Assembly: GCF_003704095.1 (NCBI RefSeq)
Contig: NW_020847747.1
Location: 124,001 to 188,000, forward strand
Length of the DNA stretch: 64,000 nucleotides
Reading direction: 5' to 3'
DNA from: Pocillopora damicornis
Lineage: Eukaryota
Below the pieces are notes generated by a model. That model did not search any database, was not told the origin of the DNA, and worked only from the letters and a program-made list of their open reading frames with translations. This document shows positions 37,633-50,755 of the stretch, piece after piece. Position 1 is the stretch's first letter. Each line of letters opens with the position of its first letter. A program made the translations under genes and the position numbers.

Positions 37633-38866
37633 TTAGTTTTGATTCACCAAAATCATCCTGAGATCATCTCTGTAGATGTAAGCTGCGCCAACAGGGAACT
37701 GGGGCGGTGAAGGTAAAGTAGCCAGGTAGCGGGCGTGCTGCACACGTAAGCTTCGATTGTGGCACCTGTAGCATGCGTAGGTCAACAAAATGACTCCTAG
37801 CATACCGGTTCCTCCAATCACCGTGTAGATTACCGGTGATAATGTCTGACTGAGAGTATCAACGTCATCGGGCAAACAGAACTCGTCAGACCAGTTGCCA
37901 CTGGCAGCTCTTTCATTTGACACTTGGCCGCTGCTTGATGTAAATTCTGTTAACACGAAATTGCAAAGTGTCTTAAAAAGTATCTCGACAGAATACAAGA
38001 ATTGGAAGTTTTTCATCATCCTGACGGTTTAATTTTAAATAACTTGAAAAAAAAAAAACCAACAATGACAAAATATAAAATGTATCGTCATCAACCTTCC
38101 TACCACGAATGTGTAATGGCTGGGTAAGCTCGAGTCTCCTAAAAGACTGGGCGCTATTTAACAGTTGCTCCCTCCAACGAGGCCCTTAAGTAAATTACCG
38201 CTTAAAGCGATAAGCGCAGGACCAAATTTGTATTCAGCGGATATCTACTCAAGAGGGGAGAAGCAATCGGTGGCCTGAAGTTTTCGCCTATGCGGAAGAA
38301 GTAATGGCGAAGAAAAGTGTATTTACAGGCTTTCACGACTAACTTTTCTCCCAGGAGTTATAAAAAACCACTCGTCAAAAGTCGTACGGCTTTTGAACGA
38401 AGCTCTAACAAAGTGGTAAATTGACCTAGAGCAAATTGTTTTTAAGTGAAATCTAATGCTGCTTTATTCTTCAGTTAAAAGCAAATCAAGTTTGTTGTTC
38501 TGTTTAGACAGAGAGAGGCAACATGATGCAAAAAGCTTTATTTTCCAGCTAGAATTTTCCAAACTCTGTGAGACGCGATTCCGCTTATCTTCACCAAAGT
38601 TGACGAATAAAAAGCAACACAGAATAAACTCATTCTATACCCTCTTTCCTCTGTTAAAGTGAAAGCTATTTATCATTGTTATGAACCTAAAGTCATCAGC
38701 ATTTGAACATTTTCTGTATCGTTATGGCGATTTTTAGAAGATGAAAATATTTCATATTTTACTCACCTTCTCCCGCAGATTCATTGACGAACAGAAAGGT
38801 AAGGCCAAAAACAAGCCTGACAATAACTATCCCAACTGCAAGAATTACCGATTTTCTCGCTAACAT
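37633..38866 (-). CDS. Gene 8: small two-exon single-pass membrane protein (~137 aa), possible ectodomain-less family member
   Basis: Exons 38866-38767 (hydrophobic leader, phase-1 GTGAGT donor) and 37946-37633. TM VIYTVIGGTGMLGVILLTYA, then CYRC, a Pro-rich stretch, and the end RMILVNQN*. Confidence 0.6.
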
Positions 38867-41077
38867 ACTCCTTATAATGAACTTAACAAGACTCTTTCCT
38901 TGGAGATGAAGAAAAATTGTGACGAAATTAGATAAACGTCTTCTTCGAATCAATAACTCTCCCAAAAGATATTTTAAGTGCTGTTTTATTATCACTTGAT
39001 TGTCATCTCGCTAAAATGTTCGGGTAAGTTTTCTGTTTGCTTTGTTTTAAAATAATGAAGTTCGCTGAAATCTTAGACTGGGGTTGTTGCAGCTGGTTAC
39101 ACAATGTTCACTGCACTCAAAAATCGGTTTGAGATTGATTGGCGCACCGTCCAAGCAAAAAGAAAATAATAATAATAATAAAAAAATAAACTTAACGAAT
39201 TTTAACCATGTCCGGTTGTGTTAGATTTTAAAGTCAGTTAGCATTTCGCAATGCCATTAGTAGGAAAATCATTTAATGCGCAAAAAATGGAGCAGGCACA
39301 TGCGTAGGATGCGTTCCAGTTTACTTTGCGAACGTCATATTTCGCGCACTTTTCCGCTCGTTTTCTATGACTGAGAGCCTAGAACAGGCTACTTGAACAC
39401 TAGCTCGCGAACATCTTATCGAGGATAAATGAATCCCAAGGGCGTAACTATGAATGACAATCCCCCCCTTCTTTCAAGTATATAAACCTTGTAATTTTCT
39501 TTCAATTAAAAAAACTTTGTAATTAGGCTTGATATCTCTTTTAGCGCCGGATACTTCATTTCCTGTTCCTTCTCGCTGCGAGAACACGAGCCCGCTAGTA
39601 CACAGGGAAAGGCAGCGGTCTGAGCCATTTCATGAAATCCGTCAATGTGCCCCACCCCCACCCCTATAAAAATACTACACTCTCAGAAATAGCTATCTGG
39701 GGCTTCTCTTTGGAACTCCACTAATTTCGTTTTTTTGCCTCTCTTCCTATACCAATATTGTAAATAACCAGTTTGTAACAAAGCAGTTATGTGAACAAAC
39801 TTTGACAAGGACTGCGAAGACAGCAAATGTCTTGACCAATGTGTTTGGGATTAAACTATGAGCAGTGGCTCCTTTTTTAGTAAAGTCCATCCCACGAGTC
39901 AAACGAAATCATTGGGAAAAGGATTGAAGTTGGCATGTTGCACAGAACTCTGGGAGTGAGGTTCACAAGAAGTAGGCCTTACTGATATCTTTCGTTTAAC
40001 TCGCATGAAAGACTTCACCAAAGAGGAAGAACTGCATGTAGTCCAGTCTGGGACTGTAGCTACACTCCTTGTGATCTAATTTTGGACCTCAGAAGGGCAA
40101 CAAGGAACCAACAGTGGCTAGACACAATAAAGACTTCTTTGCATTCTTTGACCCCATAGACAGGACTCTGACAGTAATCTCAGGGAGGGATGGTATAGTG
40201 GTATAATACATGCTTCCCTAACACCACGGTTAACTTTGGACCTTAGCAGTACAAGCCTGTCCTTACAAGAGATTGACAGTATTTTATGATAATAGGCAAA
40301 AAATCCTTTTAAACCAAGCTTCAGCATCTTATTTCTCCTTACAGAACCACTACTGAATCACACATTAAGGTCATGAAAGCTCTGGATTGTTCAACAAATT
40401 CTCCTTGTCAGCACCTTGGGAAATGCATAGAGAACAGTATGGAGTATACTTACATTGATGCTAGGACGTAAAGGGTTAATCTGGAATCCTCTGTGAGACT
40501 TTGAACTCACCCATGGGTCCCTGTACTTGCACAAACTGCTTTTGTGACCAGAGTTCTTCAGCCTTTACTCCCTAACATCAGTATGCATATTCTCCATACT
40601 ACTCTCTAGACATTTCCTACGGTTCTGATGAGGAGAATTTGTTCAACAATCAAGAGCTTCTTTAGTTGGTGATCATCTCCTTAATTCTCATGACCTTAAT
40701 GTTTGATTTATAGGTGATATTGTAAGGAGAATTTAGATGTTAGTCACTCTTAGGGGTTAAGGGATCAAGCACTTATTTGACATTCTTCATCTGGACCATT
40801 GCTATCTTGAGATTGGAAGGAAAAATTACATTCTAAAAGTCATAAAAAATTGAAAAAAACACCCTTGAAAGATGATGGAAGTGTCCAATTACCCATATTT
40901 GAGGCAGATACATCACTTCATCAAAATGTTTTCACGACAGTCCTGTTAGCTTCTGTACACCACATAACGTTTGACTCCCTTCAGAGTTACATTTTCCATG
41001 CAGACCATTTCAGGGCTCAATGCATTTCTCCAAACCAGTTCACTCCTTCAAGCCTTTTCATTCTTCACAATGGTGAA

Positions 41078-41520
41078 TCATTTTTCTTCTGCATAAAATT
41101 CTTGCATGGACTTTCTTCTTCTTCTTGACTCTTCCAAGTTTTTTCTTCGTCTTCTCAAATCCTGTTAGGAAAAATTTTTTTAAGGTTGAAAAAACTCCAG
41201 TCGTACATAAGGTTAATTCACAAACATACTAACACTTTAACTCCCATAAGTGACCAAGACAGAATTTCTCCTTACAATATCAATACAATATCATGCAGGC
41301 AGGTGATGAGAATAGAGAAGAATATCAGTTAGGGGATTATAAGTTGATCCAATACCAAATTCCACAAACTAACATCACAAGAACTGTATGGGAGACAGTA
41401 AGGAGAAATACTGATGAGATCTTGGGAGTTAAAGGGTTAAGGTAACAGAGTAACTACACACTACAGGGGCACTTTTACAGGAGCATATATCTAAATGCTC
41501 ATTTGGGTCAGCAATAGATG

Positions 41521-41554
<34 letters not shown>

Positions 41555-43161
41555 AACACTGAATTTATGCCTTAATTCTTAGGGCTATGTATTTTGTAGC
41601 TTGTTTGGCTCATTTGGCTCAGCAGCGGATGAAAGAATGGGGAACAGTTTGATTGAGTTATGTGTAAGGTCTATATTTGTAGTGGCTCCTTTTGCGTTTT
41701 TGGCTTGTTTGGCTCAACAGTCAATGAAAGAACAAGGAATAATTTTTATGCAAGTTATGTCTAAGTCATTTACATGTAGTGGATTATTTGGCTAGAGGCA
41801 GCAGATGAAAGTAAAAATAATTAACGTGCACATTACGTCTAAGGTCTATAAATATAGTGGCTTGTTTGACTTGTGTGGCTTGTTTGGCTTGGCAGTGAAT
41901 GAAAGGACATGGAATAATTTATNNNNNNNNNNNNNNNNNNNNNNNNNNNNNNNNNNNNNNNNNNNNNNNNNNNNNNNNNNNNNNNNNNNNNNNNNNNNNN
42001 NNNNNNNNNNNNNNNNNNNNNNAGGTTCGTTGCTTGTGATCGTAATTATGATTGAGGGCAGTGAAAAACGTAATTGTGAAGGCAGCTTTTGAACTTTTGA
42101 GTTCGCATGTTTGTGAAAAGCTTAGTAAAGATTGCCATGTGCGTTCACCACGCTTGGTTGAGCATGAGACGTACGTGTTCAGTAAAGTGTGACAGAAACG
42201 TGACTTTAGAATGAACTTTAAACGTGCAAGAAAATATACTTTCCACATTCTGTTTTAGCTTGCAATTTCTGTACCGAGATAAAACTCTTCGTGTGTGCTT
42301 CCTTTCGAGTTTTTCCCCTAAATTTTGAAGGGGACAAATTGTCTTGACCATTTTTTTAAGGGACAATTTCAATTGCAGTGTGGGATTGGCGCAATGGTGC
42401 GGCCTGGCTCAAACCTGTCTAAGGTCTATATATGTAGTGGCTTGTTTGATTTGTGTGGCTTGTTTGGCAGTGGATGAAAGAATGAGGAATGATTTATGTG
42501 CACATTGTGTCTAAGATCTCTATATGTAGTGGCTTGTTTGGCTGGGCAGTGAATGAAAGGACGATGAATAAACAGTGTGCCTTTTTCTGTTAACAAAGAA
42601 GCAAACAAGCCAAACGAATTGACTCGTTTAGTAGATAGTTAAAAGTGGGCTTGTAATCTGTAGTCTAGCCATGGTAACTACGACACTGATTAAACTAATC
42701 TCATAGTCTGTACCACACAAAAATACACATTACTGAAGTTCAATTTATTCCTGGACAGAAAACTTATCACTTAAGTTTGTGGGCATGGCAGCCAAGAGAA
42801 CTCGCAAAAATCTGAAGGAAGTATAAAACAGAAACACAAAACATTGCACGTTTGTACAAAATTACCAGTGTAACCTCACCTCTTCTTTCAAGCACGCATT
42901 AAGAGTCCGTTTAATATCGTTACACATTCCGACGAACTTTCGAAAGGGATGCTGCAAAATAGAGATAAATATATAGGAGTAAATGAAATATATATTTTTG
43001 ATTTTACACACAAAAAAATATCAACAATATGTATGCCTGTTACGTAATTCATTTTAAGTTTTCAAGGGAAAAGGAGGACGTACCTCTTCGTGACAACGAT
43101 GCAGCTCTTCTATAATTTGTAAACAATCGCTGTGCAGGTGAGGAGCTAAAGACGGATGCAT
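41078..43161 (-). CDS. CMC2: COX assembly mitochondrial protein 2 homolog (twin CX9C), 77 aa
   Basis: Exons 43161-43084 MHPSLAPHLHSDCLQIIEELHRCHEE, 42951-42880 HPFRKFVGMCNDIKRTLNACLKEE and 41161-41078 DLRRRRKNLEESRRRRKSMQEFYAEEK*. The MHPxLxPHLH start and two CX9C motifs match CMC2. Confidence 0.92.
41480..42570. repeat. Degenerate ~80-100-bp minisatellite in CMC2 intron 2
   Basis: Recurrent tatatgtagtggcttgtttg..gcagtgaatgaaagg units on both sides of gap 41923-42022. Confidence 0.7.
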
Positions 43162-43574
43162 AACTTGGAAAAGGTCTTTAATAAGTGATGCAGCAAGACC
43201 TATGATTCCAGATAACTTTCCTTGGACATACAGCTTAGCCACCTGGCATCGAAAGACTACTTTTATGTAAGGAACAACGAAATGTCAGGTGATGTGAAGT
43301 GTAGATATTTTGAGGGGATAACGCATACAATCCTTTAACTCCCAAGATCTGATTGTTAATTCTCCCCTGTAGCTGCTACACATTTCCTTGTAAATTAGTT
43401 ATGAGAACTTGGTGTTGGATCAAGATGGCAGCTTCTACCTGATAAGTTTGAATATTCTCATTACCTGTTTGCTGAAGAATGTATGGATATTGTTGGGAGA
43501 AGTTTTATGTTCATCACTTCTAGGAGTTAAAGGTTCATGCAATTTTTAATGCATGAATTAATCGTCTAACAAAT

Positions 43575-44375
43575 CAATGCAGTGTAATGAAGGTTCCAAT
43601 GTCTTTGTGATGTGTTTGAACTTCAAGGGTCGGATTCCCTATTAATATCTCGCCTTTGCAAACTTTTATGTCCAAGAATGTAATTTCTAATGTAGATTTA
43701 TCAGCCGTGAATTTGTTCATCTGCCTGTTGTTTATTTGACTTGTTCCTGGTGTGTTGCCAGCATCCTTCTTCCTTTGTCTCTGTTTTCCTTTGCGATTTT
43801 TAAACCGCTCCTTTTTCTTATTTGGGTTAGGTTTCGCCCTCGTTGTTCGTTTCTGAAGAGACAGAGAATGAGGAAGTACAAGATTAAACTTCTCTACTGC
43901 CTGTTTGTTATCTCAAATTTACAAGAAGCTTGTCGACTTCGTTCGGTTTAGCTTTCGATTCCGAGGCTAGTTTGTTTACATTAATTTGTTTCAATTTGAA
44001 ATGGACTGAATCCATGGCCAATGATTCTTACGTTCTTTGATAGTTCTACAACATTTTTCTTTTTAGTTTTTCCTTGCTTCAGTTTTCTGAGCTTTTTTGT
44101 AAGTCTCTCAACGCGTCTCACGGTGGTAAAATTTCACAAGCGCTCCCATAAGGTCATGCTCTGCTTTCTTTTTAATCGATCTTAGGTCTGATTTATAATC
44201 TTCAATAATCGCGATGTTCGCCCTTATCTGGTAGCTTAGGCCTTTTGGTCATGTGCCCTGCTCTAAATAAGCTTGTAAGAGTCCGAATTAGTTCTTTCTC
44301 AGTATTGTCAGGGATTTCTTGACTCCATTCCATTGAGGCCTCGCTGGCAACCGATTTCCTCCATCTCCGCTTCAT
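43575..44375 (-). mobile_element. Degenerate Penelope-like retroelement fragments
   Basis: 43720-43578 translates KFTADKSTLEITFLDIKVCKG..LEVQTHHKDIGTFHYT, the PLE reverse-transcriptase KFT..I.FLD block. About 44260-44110 translates GT*PKGLSYQIRANI..IKKKAEHDLMGALVKFYHR, PLE N-terminal-like. Stops and a large internal deletion are present. Confidence 0.65.
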
Positions 44376-44725
44376 ATTCTAATAGACTAGAAGCTTCGAA
44401 TGCCTCGGAGTCATATCAAAATGTCACTCAAGGCTGTAAAAAAAAAAAAAATTTTGCCTTAACTGGCGTGAAATTATACAATCCTGGGTTGTGGTAAGTT
44501 TTGTCACAGACCCTTGCACCGTAAAATTTCTCTCTCGATTATTAAATCTATATAAAAATTCTTCTTCCATTAATTACGCTGTCTTTCGGTTGCCTCATAA
44601 ACATTGTCTCAAGTTGGTGTCCCTCTGTCCCGTGACACCCACAAGACAAGCTGTAAAAACACCTACTACTTTTCTCAAGAGCAACTCTCTTATGCAAACC
44701 ATTATCGACAACTTGATTGCACATA

Positions 44726-47287
44726 ATGGAGAAACGATGGGTTTCTTTGCTATTTTTACTGAGTGGACTATGCTTGGAAGGTAAATAAAGTTTTAATGTA
44801 ATTCCATTTGTATCATCAGTGTCACAGATTAAAATCTACCATATGTAAAGGCGGTAGGATAAATTAACCACGATGTCGCTGTAATTCGTAATTGTCAATT
44901 TCTGTCAAAAGTGTTTCGCTAAATGATTGAAGACAAACTATTATATCGAAAAACTTAAAAATGTTTCGGGTTTTAGTTTCTCTTGCTTATCCTCAATCCG
45001 CAAAAAATTTTTCCCGCATAACACAGACAATCGTTGATCGATCTGCATAATAAAACGACTGCAGAATTTCATGTCGCAGGGTGAGTGGGTACAGAGTCTT
45101 AGTTTCGGCGAATGGTATTTTCCCCGGGAAAGTGATGTGTCTTGAGTCACAAGACGGCAATGTGTTCTTTAAACAATCACGAACAGGACATGTTATTACA
45201 CTTGCCATGAGTTTTGTATCGATCAGAGTCAAAATCATAAACATGGCCAATAATGTAATTATTTAGTTATAAAATAATTCAAACGGGATGCGCGCTCTGA
45301 TTGGCCATAAAACCATTTTACATGAGCGCATGTAAACACGGTTTTCGTTCCTCTTTCATTAGTTATTTTATAAAAGAAATGTAAAATGGTTTCCGTGTTT
45401 ACATAGCCTAATGTAAACACTTGGGAGGTTGGGAGAACGGAAACCATTTTACCTTTCTTCATTGAAGCATGAAAAGCTTATTAAGTTAGCGTTTTCCGAA
45501 CGATCAATATGAATTGTTTAATAATCCACTCTCTGTAAACACGGAAACCATTTTACCTTTCTTCATTGAAGCATGAAAAGCTTACTAAGTTAGCGTTTTC
45601 CGAACGATCAATATGAATTGTTTAATATTCCACTCTCTGTAAAGTTCAGTATTTCATCAGTATCAAATTGGTCTTAATTTTCTTCTACATCCGCCGTTTC
45701 ACTGAAGGAAATATGCAACGATCCGTTGAATTTATTTTTGTGGTCAGATCATTTATCCGTGGTCTAACTTCACCTGTAAAAATTAAATATGTTCTTTCTA
45801 TAATTGATAGTTTCGTTTTTAACTCGTAAAATGGCTTAAAGCCATTTCCATTTCATGACTCAAAATTCACACCTTTCTCCTTTCTATCACTCCGTCAGTC
45901 CTTCCTATGAAAATTCCGCTGACAAGCGCTTAAGCAATTTTGCATATTCAATTTCATCGTAAGGCTCAATTGAGGTCAACTGATCGCTGAGAATTGGTCA
46001 AAACTTTAACAGACTGCTGATATATAATAATAGAGCAGCAAATTTTACTGATGGGCATTTGATGCGCTCTGATAAAAACACTGTTCGAGGCCGATAAGGC
46101 GTCTGACATTGCAGTATTTTTGGGATCTCTGTACAGCACTTCTTTATTCTGAATTTGAACATTGGATTGCCGAAAACACCAAATCGGTAAACTGTACTCA
46201 GGAATGAATAAAGCATTCACTTTTTCCAAAAACAGGAGAAGGAAAGACAAACGCTGCGCTTTGGTTATTGATACTTTTTAATGCTGCTAACTGCACAACA
46301 AATGGTTATGGTCTCCACGAAATGAGAAAAAAAAGCGAATGCTTTTGAAAGGGAAGGTAATCGATGACATCCATTGCGCCAAGATAGTAGATAGTAGCTT
46401 TTCCAGGAGTACAAGGTACGGATACAAAATGACTTTCCATAGGCAAAAACCTCACAATATGAAGTCTGATCAGGGAACTCGGCACTACATCCTGCATCAG
46501 TCGTTTTCCGCGTCTAGTGGCTCGCAGCTACTCTGACTGGTCGCAATAACGGATCACTCAAAATCCTTAATTTGTTCATGATTTTTTTACTCATTTATTT
46601 ATTTATTTATTTATTTATGGTGTATTATTTACTAGAAGGAGTCCATGCAATGCAGTGGTTTGTTTCAAGACGTGATGGGAACTTTGCTAACAATTGCGGG
46701 CTCAAAGCGTCATTGCCCTGTAAAACAATTCAACAAGTGATTGCGCATGCATCTGATGGTGATGTTATCAATATAGACGGCACAAGAACGTCCCGTGGCC
46801 CTTATCCGTGCGAGAATTGGACAGAATTGAATCTAGCCGCTCCGGCAATACGCAGTTACAACACTCGAGCATTTCTTTCTTGCAAAACTGAGGGCCTGCG
46901 AGTTTTGTGTAATTCGAGAAAGAGAGCCTTTGGTGGAGTCTCTGTGGACCAAATAACCTTCGTCAACACTTCACTTCATCTCTCTGACTGCTCCTTAAAG
47001 CTCAACGACTGCAGCTTTATAAACAGTTCCGTTGCCGCGCTTACGTCAAGATACGCCACTGAATCTGTGAAAAAAATGTTCAACTCGATGGATGCACCTT
47101 TCAGAACAACAGTGCTAGTAGTGTTACAATTTATGGCAATTCTATGGTCAACTTGAACATTTCCAAAACTACGTTTGCTTAAAATAAATTGCTGAGTGAG
47201 GAAGACGCAATATTGTACTTGTCCGACAAAAACTTGCATGGGAATCAAAGTGGGGAGAGTTGTTTTACATCGAAGTATTTTAGGTGA
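44726..47287 (+). pseudogene. Copy A of beta-helix (Pmp/pectin-lyase-like) receptor gene, 5' part, disabled
   Basis: Signal exon 44726-44780 (MEKRWVSLLFLLSGLCLE) splices to 46636 (EGVHA|MQWFVS..CG...PCKTIQQ..GDVINIDGT..PYPC). There is a frameshift in the A-run at ~47069-47076 and an in-frame TAA near 47180 relative to copy C; no downstream gene body follows. Confidence 0.75.
45437..45643. repeat. 104-bp tandem duplication
   Basis: acggaaaccattttacc..ccactctctgtaaa starts at 45437 and again at 45541, nearly identical. Confidence 0.9.
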
Positions 47288-47954
47288 GTATTCGTTTGCT
47301 TTCATTTGATTGGCATGTGCAAGTGTAGTGGGCGAAAATGTTTGCTCTCAGGGAAAAGAGAGATCACAAAAGTAAAGATCCTTTTTACTCTAAGGTAAAA
47401 ACAAACCAGTTTGCCCGTATTCCACTGGCATGAGTCACTCTTTTCACTATCAGAAAATATCTTTTCCCTTCACTTCCTCGCTTTGTTTGAGCATGAAGAG
47501 GAGTTTCATAGACTAAGCTAGTAAAAGAGATACATCGGCAAAATGAGTGCGCTTGCTTTTAACGTGCGAGAAATTTACACATGCAAAAGAAAGGGGATGG
47601 AAATATTCGTATAGTAACACTATTGCAACAAAATGGCGGCATTTTTCGAATTCCCGTTGTTTGTTTTCATTTTGTGGGGAAAAGCTCAAACCAAAACAGG
47701 TAAGCTACCGTTTTCAGGTAAAAACAATAAATAACATGTAGCGGTCACAGGTTTTATTTTGCAAGTGATATTCCCCAATTTGAAACCTTACGTCTGCTAC
47801 GATACGGCCGGGGCAAGGCGTTGTGCCCTTGAGACGTGCGGGAAAAAAATCCGAGCTCCGCTTTTAGGCTTGGCTAAATGTATATATTTCAAATTCAACA
47901 CAGAAAAATATATATGTCGCAATTCACTTCAAATTTGAACAGAGAAAAAGGACG

Positions 47955-48166
47955 CACCTCTGTGTGAAAATGATGCAGGTCTTGTATAATTTGTAAACAA
48001 GCGCTGTGCAGGTGAGGACCAAACGACAGATGCTTAACTTGGGAAAGTTCTTAAATAAGCGATGTTGCAAGATCGATAAGTTCAGATGAATTCACTTGGA
48101 CATAGAGCTTAGCCACCTGGCGTTCAACGACTAATGGTTATGTAAGGAACAATGAAATGTCAGGTC
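47955..48166 (-). pseudogene. Fossil copy of CMC2 exon 1 and upstream sequence
   Basis: Colinear with 43080-43290 (ctgcacagcg..tttacaaattata, ggctaagct, gacatttc); the start ATG has become AAG; no exon 2 or 3. Confidence 0.8.
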
Positions 48167-49131
48167 CTGTGAACAGGGGCTAGGATGATGAGGGGGAGGG
48201 GGATGGAGGGGTATTTGAGTTGGGATCACATGGTTTCAGGGATAACAGAGAATGATCAATGATCGTGGAATTTACTTTCGGAAAGTCGACAGACGCGTTC
48301 CAGTATTATTTGGGAAACTCGATATTAATTGGTTTGCCGTTGACATATCGAATTGTTCTCATTTGTGTGCGTGACAAATTTGCATATTCTGACCACTAAC
48401 AATAATCCTTTCTGCGCTTCGCGTATCCACGACTAAAAATGCTAGTTTTTCCCATTTCCCATTTTTGAAATAGTCGACAATCGGGACAGTGAATCATTCA
48501 TTGTAAAATAGGAAAAATGACTGCTCTACTGTATAGAGGCCCAGCGTAAAGCAAGCATCAGTCCCCGGCAGCAGCAAGAAAAAACTTATTATGGTGACAA
48601 CAAACTCTGAAGTATAGTTCTATGATGGCGGGTGTAAGTTACAAATGCGTACCTGCTGCCCGTCACGAAGAAGCCCCATTTTATCTGAGGAGGAAACCTG
48701 AAACCTTCCGAGTACAGAGCCAGACACTGAACATGAACCTCAAGGGAGAGAAGTTGAACTAAAGTTTGTAAATACAAACTGTAAATATATGAGGTACCAC
48801 CTGCAATCAAATTGAAATAGACGTAAAGAAAAGAAAGCACAAATGCCAGCGATGTCAGTGACTTGACCCGGTTAGATCTCGCCATTTAATTCCCACGTCT
48901 CCTTGTCAACAGTCAAAAAGTCGTAACCGTGAAAACAATGATTTGCTGCTATTCTTAGAACCGCAGCGAATAACACCTCTTGGATTGTGACCAATAATTT
49001 ATTCACCCTGTACGTCTCGTGACATTCCAGTGAGGAATCCCAATCTCGAATATCGCGTGAATTTTGTTTTCGAAAAGCAGCCGTTAAGAACAGTTGATCG
49101 GCGTTGTCTCGATGTCTTGCCGACTCACATA

Positions 49132-50655
49132 ATGGAGCTAACAACGTTTTATTGGATTTTTCTTTGGAGTGGAATATGTTTGGAAGGTATGTGAAATCTC
49201 GTTATGATTTGCAGTTATATCTACTCAGCATATTGCCTTTAAACTTAGCCACTTATTGATGCAAAGATACCCTAACCAGTAGCGTCGATAAGGTTTCGCT
49301 AAATTGTCTACACCAAGAGCTGCTGGTTGAACGACTCGTAGGAGGCCTTGTTTCCACTGATGTTGGTTTTTTTCACTATACATGTCTTGGCAGATCGCCG
49401 TTGTTGACTCAAATAAACATTGATTTCGACTTGTGGGGTTCAAGCTCCTGGAGTAAATCCGTGTACCTTAGTGCCAACCGATTTTTAATTGCGTAGGAAA
49501 ATGAAACAAAAAAGAAAATTGAAATCCGTTTTTTTAGAGCTGCAGAAAGAGAAAAACGAAGAGCATTAAGTGAATTCGAATGCCGTTTCCTTCCCAGCGG
49601 GGAATAAATGAGGAACCAATTTGGTTTGTTTACAGCGCAAAGGAAAACGAAGAACAAAGTTAAAATTTGAGCTTCATTTTCCTACGCGATTGAAAATCGT
49701 TTAGCACTAAGATACACGGATCCAAGTAATATTAGCTAATTCAATGAGAATGTTTCCATTCGGCATAAGTATAATTTTTGAAGTTGGGTGAAAATTGGAG
49801 AAGCATGGCTCTTTGTTGAGAGTTGGTCTAACCTTTTTAACGAGCAGGAGAGTAACTTTATGACCAAGTTGACATCCATCGTTGATTGCATCAGCTTTAA
49901 CGAAACAGGAAGTGGAGGGACTTTCCCCAGGAAACTTGTCGTGTGTCACAAAGCAGTCTCGTGATTTTTAAAACGGTCAGAATAGCAACATAATGGTCGT
50001 AATTATAGAAAGTGATAAATAGAAGAGGGGGTTGACAGCTAATCTGTAAGAAATTGCGTGACGTTGCGTGACGTGGGTTTGTTAATTTTCATTTCAAAGA
50101 CAGTCACGTTGAACAACATGACAGTAGTCGGAAAGTTACTGTTGTTACCTTCCGCGTTAGTTAGCGCTCTTCTTGTCAAAATAATCAGAATCTTGTTATA
50201 TAACCAATATAGACCTTTATTGAAAAGAAAAGTTAACTTCATTTTTGGTGAACACTTTGTCATTCATTCATCAACCTGACAAAGTGGCACAAAGGGCGAG
50301 TGACGTGTCTGCAGTTGATTGGCGATATCAAACACAGAAAAAAGGCATCGTTATTTTAGACGTGTATAGTTACGTCTTTTCTCTGGGCTGGAAATCCTTG
50401 AAAAAATAAGTTTAAACCATAATCTCTATTTATTTATATTTTTCTTATTTAATAGAAACTATCCATGCCAAGCAGTGGTTTGTCTCAAGATACGATGGGA
50501 CCTTTAAAAATAACTGCGGGCTCAATGCGTCATCGCCATGTAAAACCATTCAGCAAGTTACTATGCATGCGTGTGATGGTGATATAATAAATATAGACGG
50601 CACAGGAACGTCACGTGACCCTTATCCGTGCCAAAACGAGAAAGGATTGGATCTA
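49132..50655 (+). CDS. Copy B of beta-helix receptor gene, 5' part (runs into gap)
   Basis: Signal exon 49132-49186 (MELTTFYWIFLWSGICLE); exon 2 from 50456 (ETIHAKQWFVSRYDG..CGLNASSPCKTIQQ..) stays open until the gap at 50656. Confidence 0.7.
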
Positions 50656-50755
50656 NNNNNNNNNNNNNNNNNNNNNNNNNNNNNNNNNNNNNNNNNNNNN
50701 NNNNNNNNNNNNNNNNNNNNNNNNNNNNNNNNNNNNNNNNNNNNNNNNNNNNNNN

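Noticed and set aside
48589-48885. 98-aa minus-strand ORF with a signal-anchor-like start, head-to-head with copy B
   Set aside because: No recognisable domain or splice partner, and no counterpart seen in the other two duplicated units.
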